From positions 1 through 36,605 of the forward strand of contig CANQCJ010000001.1 of assembly GCA_947589205.1 (NCBI GenBank): a stretch of 36,605 nucleotides of DNA, in the 5' to 3' direction. This DNA comes from an uncultured Ruminococcus sp. GTDB lineage: Bacteria; Bacillota; Clostridia; Oscillospirales; Ruminococcaceae. Each line of letters begins with the position of its first letter. The stretch's first letter is position 1. A model generated the notes under the pieces. The model was given only the letters and a program-made list of their open reading frames with translations, did no database searches and was not told the DNA's origin. The translations under genes and the position numbers were made by a program. Shown piece after piece: positions 7,116-17,064 of the stretch.

Positions 7116-7122
7116 TTATCCA

Positions 7123-7806
7123 TCAGTCCTTTGCGGGATATTTTTTATAGCCCGGGTGCTTGCCGGTAACGCCGTACTTAGGTCTCATACCGATAAGGCG
7201 GTCGATGTTCTCTCTTGAAATATCCTTAGCTCCGCCCAGAAGTCTTGCCACAAGCGAGATCTGCGCCTGAAGCTCGAGCGTTTCCATTCTGTAGTAGGCG
7301 GTCGTCAAATCCGCGCCAACCGTCAGCGCGCCGTGATTTTCCAGCAGCATTACGTCATGGTAAGGCAGATAGGGCTCTATCGCTTCGGGCACCTCGTAGG
7401 TCGACGGCGTACCGTAAGGGGTAAGCGGCACAGAGCCTACCGCTATCACCGTTTCTATCATGCAGTAATCGTCTATCGACTGATGAGCGCAGGCAAAGCC
7501 TGTTGCAACGGGCGGGTGAGCGTGAACGACCGCCCCGACGTCCTCGCGGTCGTGGTAGCATTTCAAGTGCATTTTGACCTCCGAAGAAGGTCTGAAGCCC
7601 TCGGCGGCTTCGATTATATTAAAATCGTCGTCGATAAGACCTATTTTTTCCGCGGTTATCTCCGCCTTTGAAACTCCGGTCTGCGTAGCCAGATACCTGC
7701 CCGGCGCGACCTTAACGGTAACGTTTCCGTCATTAGCCGCGACCCAGCCCTTTTGCCACATCTTATGGCAGACCTCGACCATTTTTTCTTTTATATCTTC
7801 GTACAT
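7123..7806 (-). CDS. fucA: Class II aldolase, probable L-fuculose-1-phosphate aldolase
   Basis: GNVT, PSSEVKMH, VVHAHP and LLENHG motifs plus fucose operon context. Start moved to ATG 7806 behind GAAAGGAA. Confidence 0.8.
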   Translation of the reverse strand: MYEDIKEKMVEVCHKMWQKGWVAANDGNVTVKVAPGRYLATQTGVSKAEITAEKIGLIDDDFNIIEAAEGFRPSSEVKMHLKCYHDREDVGAVVHAHPPVATGFACAHQSIDDYCMIETVIAVGSVPLTPYGTPSTYEVPEAIEPYLPYHDVMLLENHGALTVGADLTTAYYRMETLELQAQISLVARLLGGAKDISRENIDRLIGMRPKYGVTGKHPGYKKYPAKD

Positions 7807-7844
7807 ATTTTTTCTTCCTTTCAAAAATTCCTTAATATAGTATG

Positions 7845-7998
7845 GAAAAAACCCGTTTTATAGCGAGGGGAAAACCCGTTTATAGTGTAGGTGAAAACTT
7901 TTTTTAGTGATGGGGAAAAAACTGCAAGCAGTTTTTTCAGTTTTTCCGGTGGTTACACCGGAAAAACCTATTCCGGTGGGTCACACCGAAAAAACCTA
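7845..7998. repeat. Short tandem and palindromic repeats between fucU and fucA
   Basis: Degenerate ggaaaa(aa)cccgttt(t)atag copies, then two adjacent hairpins ttccggtg-N4/5-caccg-aaaaaccta. Confidence 0.6.
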
Positions 7999-8430
7999 AA
8001 CCACACCTTTTTGCAGCATTACATTCGCATAGACAGCCTTTTCTCCCGTAGCTACAATTGCGTAAGCGGTCTTTGCCTGTTCGTAAAATTCAAAGCGTTC
8101 GATGTAACCGACAGCGCTTTCGCCGCGCTCGTCATGGCGGGAAACTATTTCCTTATATGTCTCCCAGATGGGAGTTTTCGCATTATCTCCCGGCATTACC
8201 TGCATAAGGCTGACGGGTTTTTCTACATAGGTATCGAGGGGGAGAAGCGTCAGTATCGCGTCAAGCAGCTCCGGCACGCCGTGACCGTCGCAGCGTATCA
8301 CCCTTGCGTTTTTGCCCATGCTTTCCGCCGGGAAGTTGCCGTCTGCGATAACTATTCTGTCGCTGTGACCCATTTCGCAGAGGGTCTTTAGCAGCTCGGG
8401 GGAGAGTATGGGGGGGATGTTTTTTAGCAT
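7996..8430 (-). CDS. fucU: L-fucose mutarotase (RbsD/FucU family)
   Basis: MLKNIPPILSPELL, MGHSDRIVIADGNFP, ERFEFYE and YANVMLQKGVV. True start at 8430 behind GAAAGGAA. Confidence 0.92.
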   Translation of the reverse strand: MLKNIPPILSPELLKTLCEMGHSDRIVIADGNFPAESMGKNARVIRCDGHGVPELLDAILTLLPLDTYVEKPVSLMQVMPGDNAKTPIWETYKEIVSRHDERGESAVGYIERFEFYEQAKTAYAIVATGEKAVYANVMLQKGVV

Positions 8431-8707
8431 AGTAATATTCCTTTCTGTTAATTTTTTTGGGGTGTTCGGGGGTTGCTTCTTGTACTCGAATCGCTGTTTA
8501 TTAGGTTTTCGGGGCTTGCTTCTTGCGCGAAAATCGCTTCGCTCTTTCGTGCAATTTAAATCGGCTTGATTTGTTTTGTTCACTTTATATTGTGGGGGTT
8601 TTTTATGTAGTTTCCTTACGCTGACTTTGTTTTTGATAAGCCGATTTAAAAAAGGCTGGTTTCTTCTTCTATCACGTTTTCTTATGGGCGGCACTGTACT
8701 CCGAATT

Positions 8708-8790
8708 GGGGGCTTTGCCCCCAAGCCCCCACGAGGAAACCCCTTTTAGAGAAGGGGTTTCCCTCGACCCTTCCCGAAACCTTTTAGTTC
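8708..8790. repeat. GC-rich palindromic REP-like element
   Basis: gggggc-tttg-ccccc hairpin followed by gaggaaacccc(c)tt...aaggggtttccctc hairpin, in an operon-internal gap. Confidence 0.55.
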
Positions 8791-8839
8791 GCCCTACGTT
8801 ATTAGTTAGGCAGCATTGTACCGAAACCGGCGCTGCGCG

Positions 8840-10306
8840 TCAGCGCGAGCCGATCAACTGCAAAAACCGCTCGTAAGCTCTGCCCCACTCCTCATCATCA
8901 ACAGCCTCAAACATTTCAATTTCCTCAGAACCGCGAATGATTTTCCGCGCCCGCTCCAAATCATCAATATCCCCCTGCGCTATAAACTGCAAAGCGATAT
9001 TTCCATACGCGGTCGCTTCTATCGGTCCTGCCGAGACCCTACAGCCGCAGGCGCAGGCGGTGAGCTGCGACAAAAACGTGTCCTTTGTGCCGCCGCCGAC
9101 AATGTAAAGCGTATCGTACCGATCTCCGGTACACTCCTCCAGCTGCTCTTTCGCAAAGCGGTATTTGAGCGCGAGACTTTCATATATGCAGCGCATGACC
9201 TCGCCGTCCGTCTCCGGCTGCTCCTGACCGGTGCGGGCGCAGTAGGCTTTTATCCTTGACGGAATGTCCCCCGACGGGGTAAATTCCGGCGCGTCGGGGT
9301 CTATAAAGCATTTGAACGGTCTTGACGCTCTCGCCATTTTTTCAAGCTCGGCAAAGCTGTACTCTCTGCCCTCTCTTATCCACCTGCGGCGGCTCTCCTG
9401 TATCAGCCACAAGCCGATGATATTCTTTAAAAAGGAGATCCTTCCGCCATAGCCGCACTCGTTGGTTATGTTTAATGCGAACGACTGTTCGTTTATCAGC
9501 GGCTTTTTCAGCTCCGTTCCGAGTAAGCTCCATGTTCCGCTCGAGAGGAACAAAAGCTTCTCTGAGACTGACGGTACGGCGGCTTGCGCGCACTGGGTGT
9601 CGTGTCCGCAGACGGCGATGACCTTTATCGGCTTTACGTCAAGCTCTTCGCAGATGCTTTGCGAAAGCTCCCCGACAACGTTTCCGCTTTTTACTATTTT
9701 CGGCATTATTTCGCGCTTTAAGCCTAATTTTTCAAATACCCCGTCAGCCCACCGCATATTTTCACTGTCGAAAAGCTGCGTCGTCGAAGCGATGGACGCC
9801 TCGGCGTTTTTTTCACCGCAGAGAAAATAACACAGCAGATCGGGTATCATAAGCAGCGTTTCGGCGCGCTCGAGCAACTCGGGGCGCGTTTCGGCAAGGC
9901 TCAAAAGCTGGAATGCGGTGTTTATTTCCATGAATTGGTTGCCCGTCTGCGCGTAAAACTCGTTTTTGTCCAGCCTTTCAAAAGCCCGCTCTAACATTCC
10001 CTCGGTGCGCCTGTCGCGGTAGTGTACCGGGTTTTCAAGCAGTCTGCCGTCCTTATCGAGCAGACCGAAGTCCACGCCCCAGGTGTCTATCGCAAGACCC
10101 TGAACATTGTACGGCTTTGCTTTTATAAGACCTTGCTTTATCTCGTGAAGCAGGCGCAGAATGTCCCAATACATCGTATCCCCGACAATTACCGGGTCAT
10201 TTGAAAAACGGTGTATCTCGGTCAGCGTTATTTTCTCTCCGTCAAAGCCGCCGACTATCGCCCTGCCCGAGGACGCGCCGAGATCTATCGCAAGAACATT
10301 TTTCAT
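8840..10306 (-). CDS. fucK: Rhamnulokinase/L-fuculokinase (FGGY family)
   Basis: AIDLGASSGR, IDTWGVDF, GHDT, SSGTWSL and VGGG motifs; RhaB-like sequence in a fucose operon. Confidence 0.85.
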   Translation of the reverse strand: MKNVLAIDLGASSGRAIVGGFDGEKITLTEIHRFSNDPVIVGDTMYWDILRLLHEIKQGLIKAKPYNVQGLAIDTWGVDFGLLDKDGRLLENPVHYRDRRTEGMLERAFERLDKNEFYAQTGNQFMEINTAFQLLSLAETRPELLERAETLLMIPDLLCYFLCGEKNAEASIASTTQLFDSENMRWADGVFEKLGLKREIMPKIVKSGNVVGELSQSICEELDVKPIKVIAVCGHDTQCAQAAVPSVSEKLLFLSSGTWSLLGTELKKPLINEQSFALNITNECGYGGRISFLKNIIGLWLIQESRRRWIREGREYSFAELEKMARASRPFKCFIDPDAPEFTPSGDIPSRIKAYCARTGQEQPETDGEVMRCIYESLALKYRFAKEQLEECTGDRYDTLYIVGGGTKDTFLSQLTACACGCRVSAGPIEATAYGNIALQFIAQGDIDDLERARKIIRGSEEIEMFEAVDDEEWGRAYERFLQLIGSR

Positions 10307-10332
10307 CTGTCCGCTTTCCTTTCCGTAAAAAT

Positions 10333-10710
10333 TTATTCGATCATAAGCGTCGCATAGCCTTCCTCGTCGACCTTATCCCAAACGTGCCTGCCGATTATAC
10401 CGCGCAGGCTTTTAATATCCTCGGCATTGGGCGAAGCGAATTCCTGATAACAAACATTGCTCGAGCCATCGTTCAGCTCATCGTAAAAATCCGAGATATA
10501 GCATAAAAATTCGTCCAATATCCCTTCGAGCGGATCCTGCGAGATGTAGGAGGAATCCTCTCCCTCGCCAAGCTCCGGCTCCTGCTCGAATTGCAGTGAC
10601 GTGACGAAGATCTTCTCTCCGCCATCGTCATATTCATATATCCCCTCGTCCACGCGCTTGTATTCATCGGTAGAATATTTCTCCGCGTCATAGTTTTTTA
10701 TATTTTTCAT
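10333..10710 (-). CDS. Acidic hypothetical protein, 125 aa
   Basis: SD GGAGG; short gaps to fucI (15 bp) and the kinase (26 bp); no recognised family. Confidence 0.75.
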   Translation of the reverse strand: MKNIKNYDAEKYSTDEYKRVDEGIYEYDDGGEKIFVTSLQFEQEPELGEGEDSSYISQDPLEGILDEFLCYISDFYDELNDGSSNVCYQEFASPNAEDIKSLRGIIGRHVWDKVDEEGYATLMIE

Positions 10711-10725
10711 GAGCTGCCTCCGAAA

Positions 10726-12528
10726 TTACTTGATGTTGCGGTACATAGGACCATACGCCGCACAGGCGCGGAAGTCCTGACCCTCCTTATCCATGCCGAA
10801 CGCGTTCCACGCGGCGGGACGGAAGATCTTTTCCTCGGGCACGTTGTGCATACAAACCGGTATCCTCAGCATCGAGCAAAGCGTGATAAGATCCGCTCCG
10901 ATGTGTCCGTAGCTTATCGCTCCGTGATTCGCTCCCCAGTTGTTCATAACGTCATACGCCGTGGCGAACGCTCCCTTGCCGGTCGTGCGCGGCGCGAACC
11001 AGGTGCACGGCCAGGTGTAGTCGGTTCTCTTCCAGAGCTTGTCGGTGACCTCATCGGGCAGGTGCACCGTCCAGCCCTCGGCTATCTGCAATACCGGTCC
11101 GAGACCCTTTACGAGATTTAACCTTATCATCGTAGCCGGCATTTCGCAGTCGGTCACAAAGCGCGAGGAATATCCGCCGCCGCGGAAATAGCCCAGGTCG
11201 GCGGGATTCCATGTCGTCTTGCCCATGATAGCCTTCATGTCCTCCTCGTTCACCTCATACCAAGGCTTCATGACGCTGTTTCCGTTTTCGTCCTTAGCTC
11301 CGCCGTTGGCGTCAAGACAAGCCGCTCCGGAATTTATCAGATGTATAAATCCGCCCGCTTGCTTCGCCTTGCCCTCGATGTCGTAGCCGGTCGCCCTCTT
11401 GACCGCTTCGGGCGACCAGTAGGTGCGCACGTCGGCGAATATCTGCGCGCGGTTGGTCAGCAGCTTCATGAACAGCATTCCCAGACCGTTGAGGGTGTCG
11501 TTTTCGGTCGCCAAGATATACGGCTCTCTCGCGCCGTTCCAGTCGAACGAGGTGTTGAGCATCGCTTCGGGGAAATCGCAGTTGGGGTAAAAATCCGTCC
11601 ACTGCCGCTGACCCTGGAAGCCCGCCGCTATGGCGTTATGACCTACCGCCTCCTCCTCGCAGCCCTCGGGCAGCTTGTCGTTGCCGTTCATAAGGTCTTT
11701 TATAATGCACATCATCTTAACGACAAATTCCCACTGCTCGTCCTTTGTCTCGCGGCTTTTCTGCACCTCCGGCGGGTTCTTGTCGAAGCCCTCTGTGCAG
11801 TTAGTCTTCGTCCATTCGAGAGCCTTTTCAAATTCAGCCTTGTCGTATATACCCTCGGTCATTCGTCTTATGATCTCTACCTCGTCGACCGATTCTACTC
11901 TCATTCCGAGATATTCTTCGATAAATTCCGGACTGATTATAGAACCGCCTATGCCCATCGTTACAGAGCCTATCTGCAAATAGCTCTTGCCGCGCATAGA
12001 AGCCGCCGCGACCGCACAGCGCGCAAATCTCAACAGCTTTTCCTTTACGTCCTCGGGAACAGACGTATCGTCCGCCTCCTGAACGTCGTGACCGTAGATC
12101 CCGAACGCGGGCAAGCCCTTTTGCGCGTGCGTCGCAAGTACGGACGCTAAATATACCGCGCCGGGGCGCTCCGTGCCGTTAAAGCCCCATACGCCCTTTA
12201 TCGTCATCGGATCCATGTCCATCGTTTCCGCGCCGTAGCACCAGCAGGGGGTAACGGTAAGGGTTATGTCCACTCCGCATTTTTTGAACTTGTCCGCGCA
12301 GGCCGCCGCTTCGGCAACTCTTCCGATAGTCGTATCGGCGATAACGACCTTTACCGGCTCTCCGTTTGAATAGCGAACGTTCTCCTCAAACAGCCTCGCC
12401 GCGGCCTTAGCCATGTTCATCGTCTGCTCCTCGAGCGACTCTCTTACCTTTAAATATCCTCTTCTTCCGTCGATAGTCGGTCTTATCCCGATAACGGGAT
12501 AGTCTCCTATAAGTCTGCTTTTTGCCAT
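10726..12528 (-). CDS. fucI: L-fucose isomerase
   Basis: [43 protein letters not shown] and WGANH motifs; 600 aa. Confidence 0.97.
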   Translation of the reverse strand: MAKSRLIGDYPVIGIRPTIDGRRGYLKVRESLEEQTMNMAKAAARLFEENVRYSNGEPVKVVIADTTIGRVAEAAACADKFKKCGVDITLTVTPCWCYGAETMDMDPMTIKGVWGFNGTERPGAVYLASVLATHAQKGLPAFGIYGHDVQEADDTSVPEDVKEKLLRFARCAVAAASMRGKSYLQIGSVTMGIGGSIISPEFIEEYLGMRVESVDEVEIIRRMTEGIYDKAEFEKALEWTKTNCTEGFDKNPPEVQKSRETKDEQWEFVVKMMCIIKDLMNGNDKLPEGCEEEAVGHNAIAAGFQGQRQWTDFYPNCDFPEAMLNTSFDWNGAREPYILATENDTLNGLGMLFMKLLTNRAQIFADVRTYWSPEAVKRATGYDIEGKAKQAGGFIHLINSGAACLDANGGAKDENGNSVMKPWYEVNEEDMKAIMGKTTWNPADLGYFRGGGYSSRFVTDCEMPATMIRLNLVKGLGPVLQIAEGWTVHLPDEVTDKLWKRTDYTWPCTWFAPRTTGKGAFATAYDVMNNWGANHGAISYGHIGADLITLCSMLRIPVCMHNVPEEKIFRPAAWNAFGMDKEGQDFRACAAYGPMYRNIK

Positions 12529-12565
12529 TTTACAAAACCTCCGAGCTCAAAAATTTTCTATGAAT

Positions 12566-12594
12566 ATTATACAATAATTTCTAAGCCTTGTCAA
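12566..12594 (-). promoter_or_regulatory. sigma-A promoter of the fucose operon
   Basis: Minus strand TTGACA-17bp-TATAAT. Confidence 0.75.
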
Positions 12595-12628
12595 GCTTTT
12601 ATGAAAAAAATAACCAATTTTTAAGTAT

Positions 12629-12663
12629 AAAAAAAGACGGCGCATTTTTCACACACCGTCTTG
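12629..12663 (-). terminator. Terminator after the lipoprotein gene
   Basis: Minus strand AAGACGGUGUG...UGCGCCGUCUU followed by a U-tract. Confidence 0.7.
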
Positions 12664-12670
12664 TCATCGG

Positions 12671-13117
12671 TCATTCTTCGACCTGCTTGTATTCTCCGCT
12701 TACCTCGTCGAGCATATATATTTCCGCCGAGCCGTCCGCCTTTGCAAGCGTCGCTATCTTATTGTACGCTCCGGCTTTGGTCTTGCAGGTGTAAAACTCG
12801 AACACATGACAGCTTTTAACGCCGCTGTCCGTGCCTATGTCGAAAAGCCCCGTATAGCCGTACAGCTTTCTTCCGCTAAGCTTCGGGAAAAGCTTGTCCG
12901 CCGCTTTCGTCACGCTGTCAAGCTCCGCCATAGACCCGTCGCCCAGCTCGATATAATCTCCGTCCGGCGCGCTTTGCAGCTCCTCGGCTGTCTCGGTCTG
13001 CGATGAAGAGCTTTCCGTTTTGGTCTTGGTCTCAGACTTTTTCTCGGTCCTTGCCGAACAGGAGCAAAGCAATATCATCGCGCTCATCAATGCTATAAAA
13101 AATTTCACCGAAAACAC
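12671..13117 (-). CDS. Putative lipoprotein
   Basis: Signal peptide with LLCSC lipobox followed by a Ser/Thr/Lys-rich linker; exact start uncertain. Confidence 0.7.
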   Translation of the reverse strand: MFSVKFFIALMSAMILLCSCSARTEKKSETKTKTESSSSQTETAEELQSAPDGDYIELGDGSMAELDSVTKAADKLFPKLSGRKLYGYTGLFDIGTDSGVKSCHVFEFYTCKTKAGAYNKIATLAKADGSAEIYMLDEVSGEYKQVEE

Positions 13118-13209
13118 TCACTTTCGTTTATTATACAGAAAAAGCTTTTGTCGGGAAACAGTATATCACAAAAGAAAAGCGGTGTAAAGCGTTGTCAAAA
13201 TAAATTCAC

Positions 13210-13255
13210 AAAAAAATTCCGATTGCAACAAAATAGCCGCGATCGGAATTTTCTT
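13210..13255 (-). terminator. Terminator after the APH-like gene
   Basis: aaaattccgattgc...gcgatcggaatttt inverted repeat with T-runs. Confidence 0.65.
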
Positions 13256-13288
13256 TTTGTCAGGTTTAACTAAAAGCAAGTCTTGTTT

Positions 13289-14053
13289 TTAGGAATAATC
13301 CACAACATCGAGCCAGCGCATCAGCAGGTCTTTTTCCTCCTCGATGCCCTTTTCGAGCTGCGCGGCGGCTACTATCGGCAGCCACTGCTGAACGTAATGC
13401 TTGGGCGTGCCGACCTTTAAGCAGTATTTGTCCAGATACATATCCGCAAGCTTGGGACGTCTCAGCGAAAGCAGCAGATATGTCTTAGCCACGTCCGCGG
13501 AAGCGTTGCCCTGCCTTGACGAGCCCCAGTTTATTACATACGTTCCGCTGTCGTTTAAGATAACGCAGTCGGGGTCGAGATTGTTGTGGCAGAGCTTGCT
13601 GTGCTTGGGCATGGAATCGAGACGGGTCAGCAGCTCGTACTTCTTTATCTCGTCAATGCCGCTCAGCGCCTTTATCTGCCGCGCAAGCTTGTCCTTAAGC
13701 TTTGAAAGCAGCGGCATATATCTTTGCTGTATCTCGCACTGTATATCGACAAATTTATCCATATAGATCTCCGCCTTGTCGGGGTTTTCGTCGATAAGCA
13801 TACCGAGCGTCTTGCCGCTTATCCAGTCCATCGTTATCGCCCACTTGCCGTCGATAAGCGACACCTCGTGCAGTATAGGCATTTTTATGTCCGAGCTGTA
13901 CTCGTTCATGGTCGTCTCGACGCGCGCGTGGGTAAGCGCGGCATAAAGACACTTTTCCTTGTATTTCTCGTCCTTGTAAAGATATATCGCCTTGCCGTCG
14001 CATTCGTATATATCATACAATTCCTTTGAATAAAGCAGATTTGTAAGCTCCAT
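13289..14053 (-). CDS. Aminoglycoside-phosphotransferase/kinase-like protein with degenerate catalytic motifs
   Basis: APH-like layout (MDWISGKTL, LCHNNLDPDC, VINWG, ADVAKTYLLL). Confidence 0.78.
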   Translation of the reverse strand: MELTNLLYSKELYDIYECDGKAIYLYKDEKYKEKCLYAALTHARVETTMNEYSSDIKMPILHEVSLIDGKWAITMDWISGKTLGMLIDENPDKAEIYMDKFVDIQCEIQQRYMPLLSKLKDKLARQIKALSGIDEIKKYELLTRLDSMPKHSKLCHNNLDPDCVILNDSGTYVINWGSSRQGNASADVAKTYLLLSLRRPKLADMYLDKYCLKVGTPKHYVQQWLPIVAAAQLEKGIEEEKDLLMRWLDVVDYS

Positions 14054-14280
14054 AGCTGTCAGCTCCTTCGTTTTTTAATTTTATTTATTATACCACAAAA
14101 CCTGAACATTTTCAAGATGTTTTTGTGAAAAAGCGAAAATGTTTACTTAAATTTAATTTTTTGTTCGTAAAAAAGAAATATTATATTTTTTAGTCACTAT
14201 ATATAATTTTACTTTAAGCTTTTTGTGAATAATATATATAAAACAGGGAAAAATGACTTAAAAAGCCGTGCCTTTGACAG

Positions 14281-14309
14281 TTGACAAAGCGGTTTTCCTC
14301 TGGTATAAT
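14281..14309 (+). promoter_or_regulatory. sigma-A promoter of adhE
   Basis: TTGACA-17bp-TATAAT with extended -10 TG. Confidence 0.8.
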
Positions 14310-14389
14310 TATAATATAGTATAAAAAGCCGTTTTTTAGCGGCTCGGTTTGACATAATTTATTAGTGTTGAAAGGAATGAACTCGGTTT

Positions 14390-17008
14390 ATGGCTAAGAA
14401 CGAATTTGCCGTTGTGGACAGCGTTGAAGCTCTTGAAGCTAAGATCGCTCAGGTAAAGGCTGCGCAGGCTGTTTTCGCGGAATATACACAGGAACAGGTC
14501 GATAAGATCTTTAAAGCGGCGGCTATCGCGGCGAACAAGGCAAGGATATCGCTTGCAAAAATGGCTGTCGAGGAGACCGGAATGGGCATTGTTGAGGACA
14601 AGGTCATTAAAAACAACTATGCCGCCGAATATATCTACAACAAATACAAAAATACCCAGACCTGCGGCTTTATAGAAGAGGATACCGCTTTCGGCACTAA
14701 AAAGGTCTTAGAGCCTATCGGACTTATCGCCGCGGTGATCCCCACCACAAACCCGACCTCTACCGCTATCTTCAAGGCTATGATCTGCCTTAAAACGAGA
14801 AACGGCATGATAATCTCCCCTCACCCGAGGGCTAAAAGATCGACCATCGAGGCGGCTAAGATAATCCTCGATGCGGCTGTAGAAGCCGGCGCGCCGGAAA
14901 ACATAATCGGCTGGATAGACGTTCCCTCGCTCGAGCTTACAAATATGATAATGCGCGAATCAGACTGCATTCTCGCTACCGGCTGTCCGGGAATGGTAAA
15001 GGCGGCGTATTCGTCGGGAACTCCCGCTCTCGGCGTCGGCGCGGGCAACACTCCCGCAGTTATCGACAAGAGCGCGGACATACTCACCGCCGTTTCTTCG
15101 ATAATCCATTCAAAGACCTTCGACAACGGCATGATATGCGCTTCCGAGCAGTCGGTCATCGTTGACAAGGCGATATACAGCGAGGTCAAAAAGGAATTTA
15201 AGGCGCGCGGCTGTTATTTTCTTAAAGACGACGAGCTGAACAAGGTCAGAAGGACCATCATAATAAACGGCGCGCTCAACGCCAAGATAGTGGGTCAGTC
15301 GGCGCACAGGATAGCTTCTCTTGCAAAGGTCGACGTTCCGGAGGATACCAAGATACTCATCGGCGAGGTCACAAAGGTCGATATCTCCGAGGAATTTGCT
15401 CACGAAAAGCTTTCCCCGGTGCTTGCGATGTACAAGGCCAAGGACTTTGAGGACGCTATGGAAAAGGCTGACAGACTGGTGCAGGACGGCGGCTTCGGTC
15501 ACACCTCCTCGCTCTACTGCGACGAGGTAAAGGAGAGAGAAAAGATAAACGCTTTTGCCGAAAGGATGAAAACCTGCCGCATACTCGTAAACACCCCGTC
15601 CTCTCACGGCGGCATCGGAGATCTGTATAACTTTAATCTCGCTCCCTCGCTCACGCTCGGCTGCGGCTCGTGGGGCGGTAATTCCGTATCGGAAAACGTT
15701 GGCATAAAGCATCTTCTCAATATTAAGACCGTTGCCGAAAGGAGAGAAAATATGCTCTGGTTCAGAACTCCCGAAAAGGTTTATTTCAAAAAGGGCTGTC
15801 TGCCCGTCGCGCTCGATGAGCTTAAAAACGTTATGGGCAAAAAGAGAGCGTTTATCGTTACCGATAATTTCCTTTACAAAAACGGCTATACCAAACCGAT
15901 AACCGAAAAGCTCGATGAAATGGATATCGTTCACGAGACGTTCTTCGACGTTGAACCCGACCCGACGCTCGCCTGCGCTCTTATCGGCGTCACCGCAATG
16001 CGCGCTTTTGAGCCGGACGTTATCATCGCGATAGGCGGCGGTTCGGCTATGGACGCGGCTAAGATAATGTGGGTGCTCTATGAACACCCGGACGCTGACT
16101 TTATGGATATGGCGATGCGCTTTATCGACATTCGCAAGAGAGTTTACACCTTCCCGAAAATGGGCGAAAGGGCTTACTTTGTCGCTGTTCCGACCTCCTC
16201 GGGAACAGGCTCTGAGGTAACGCCGTTCGCGGTCATCACCGATGAAAAGACGGGCACAAAGTACCCGCTTGCCGATTACCAGCTCATGCCGAACATGGCG
16301 ATAGTCGACACAGACCTCATGATGAGCGCGCCCAAGGGACTTACCTCCGCTTCGGGAATAGACGCTCTTACCCACGCGCTTGAGGCTTACGCTTCGGTAA
16401 TGGCGACCGACTACACCGACGGTATCGCGTTAAGAGCGATACAGCTCATCTTCAAATATCTGCCCGAATGCTATGAAAACGGTCAGACCAATGTCAAGGC
16501 TCGTGAAGAAATGGCGAACGCTTCAACACTCGCGGGTATGGCGTTTGCAAACGCTTTCCTGGGTGTATGCCATTCGATGGCGCACAAGCTGGGTTCTTAT
16601 CATCATCTTCCCCACGGTATCGCGAACGCTCTGCTCATCACCATCGTTATGAGGTACAATTCGTCAGGCAGTCCGAGAAAAATGGGTACCTTCTCGCAGT
16701 ACAAGTATCCGCACACCATTGAAAGATACGCCGACTGCGCGCACATGATAGGTATTTTCGGCAAGGACGACGAGGACACGCTCGAAAAATTCATCGCGGC
16801 TATCGAAGAGCTTAAGGAAAAGGTCGGCATAAAGAAAACCATCGCCGATTACGGCGTTGACGAACAGGACTTCCTCGACAGGCTCGACAGCATGGTAGAG
16901 GACGCCTTTGACGACCAGTGCACCGGAGCTAACCCGCGCTATCCGCTTATGAGCGAGATAAAGGAAATGTACCTCGCGGCTTATTACGGTACAGAATATA
17001 AGGGTTGA
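14390..17008 (+). CDS. adhE: Bifunctional acetaldehyde-CoA/alcohol dehydrogenase
   Basis: ALDH domain (PTTNPTST, FDNGMICASEQ, HEKLSP), linker GCGSWGGN, Fe-ADH domain (GGGSAMDAAK, PTSSGTGSE, CHSMAH); 872 aa. Confidence 0.97.
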   Translation: MAKNEFAVVDSVEALEAKIAQVKAAQAVFAEYTQEQVDKIFKAAAIAANKARISLAKMAVEETGMGIVEDKVIKNNYAAEYIYNKYKNTQTCGFIEEDTAFGTKKVLEPIGLIAAVIPTTNPTSTAIFKAMICLKTRNGMIISPHPRAKRSTIEAAKIILDAAVEAGAPENIIGWIDVPSLELTNMIMRESDCILATGCPGMVKAAYSSGTPALGVGAGNTPAVIDKSADILTAVSSIIHSKTFDNGMICASEQSVIVDKAIYSEVKKEFKARGCYFLKDDELNKVRRTIIINGALNAKIVGQSAHRIASLAKVDVPEDTKILIGEVTKVDISEEFAHEKLSPVLAMYKAKDFEDAMEKADRLVQDGGFGHTSSLYCDEVKEREKINAFAERMKTCRILVNTPSSHGGIGDLYNFNLAPSLTLGCGSWGGNSVSENVGIKHLLNIKTVAERRENMLWFRTPEKVYFKKGCLPVALDELKNVMGKKRAFIVTDNFLYKNGYTKPITEKLDEMDIVHETFFDVEPDPTLACALIGVTAMRAFEPDVIIAIGGGSAMDAAKIMWVLYEHPDADFMDMAMRFIDIRKRVYTFPKMGERAYFVAVPTSSGTGSEVTPFAVITDEKTGTKYPLADYQLMPNMAIVDTDLMMSAPKGLTSASGIDALTHALEAYASVMATDYTDGIALRAIQLIFKYLPECYENGQTNVKAREEMANASTLAGMAFANAFLGVCHSMAHKLGSYHHLPHGIANALLITIVMRYNSSGSPRKMGTFSQYKYPHTIERYADCAHMIGIFGKDDEDTLEKFIAAIEELKEKVGIKKTIADYGVDEQDFLDRLDSMVEDAFDDQCTGANPRYPLMSEIKEMYLAAYYGTEYKG

Positions 17009-17025
17009 TCCTTTAGAATATTAAT

Positions 17026-17054
17026 AAAGCCGGTCGATTGGAGACCGGCTTTTT
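17026..17054. terminator. Bidirectional terminator between adhE and the histidine kinase
   Basis: aaagccggtc...gaccggcttttt between convergent genes. Confidence 0.8.
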
Positions 17055-17064
17055 GATTTTGTAT

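Noticed and set aside
8431-8724. 98-aa N-terminal extension of FucU in the ORF track
   Set aside because: Low-complexity intergenic read-through; the family-typical start with an SD is at 8430.
14100-14260. Rex operators upstream of adhE
   Set aside because: Only TTGTGAA half-sites (e.g. 14223) without a matching TTCACAA arm; biologically plausible but not supportable here.
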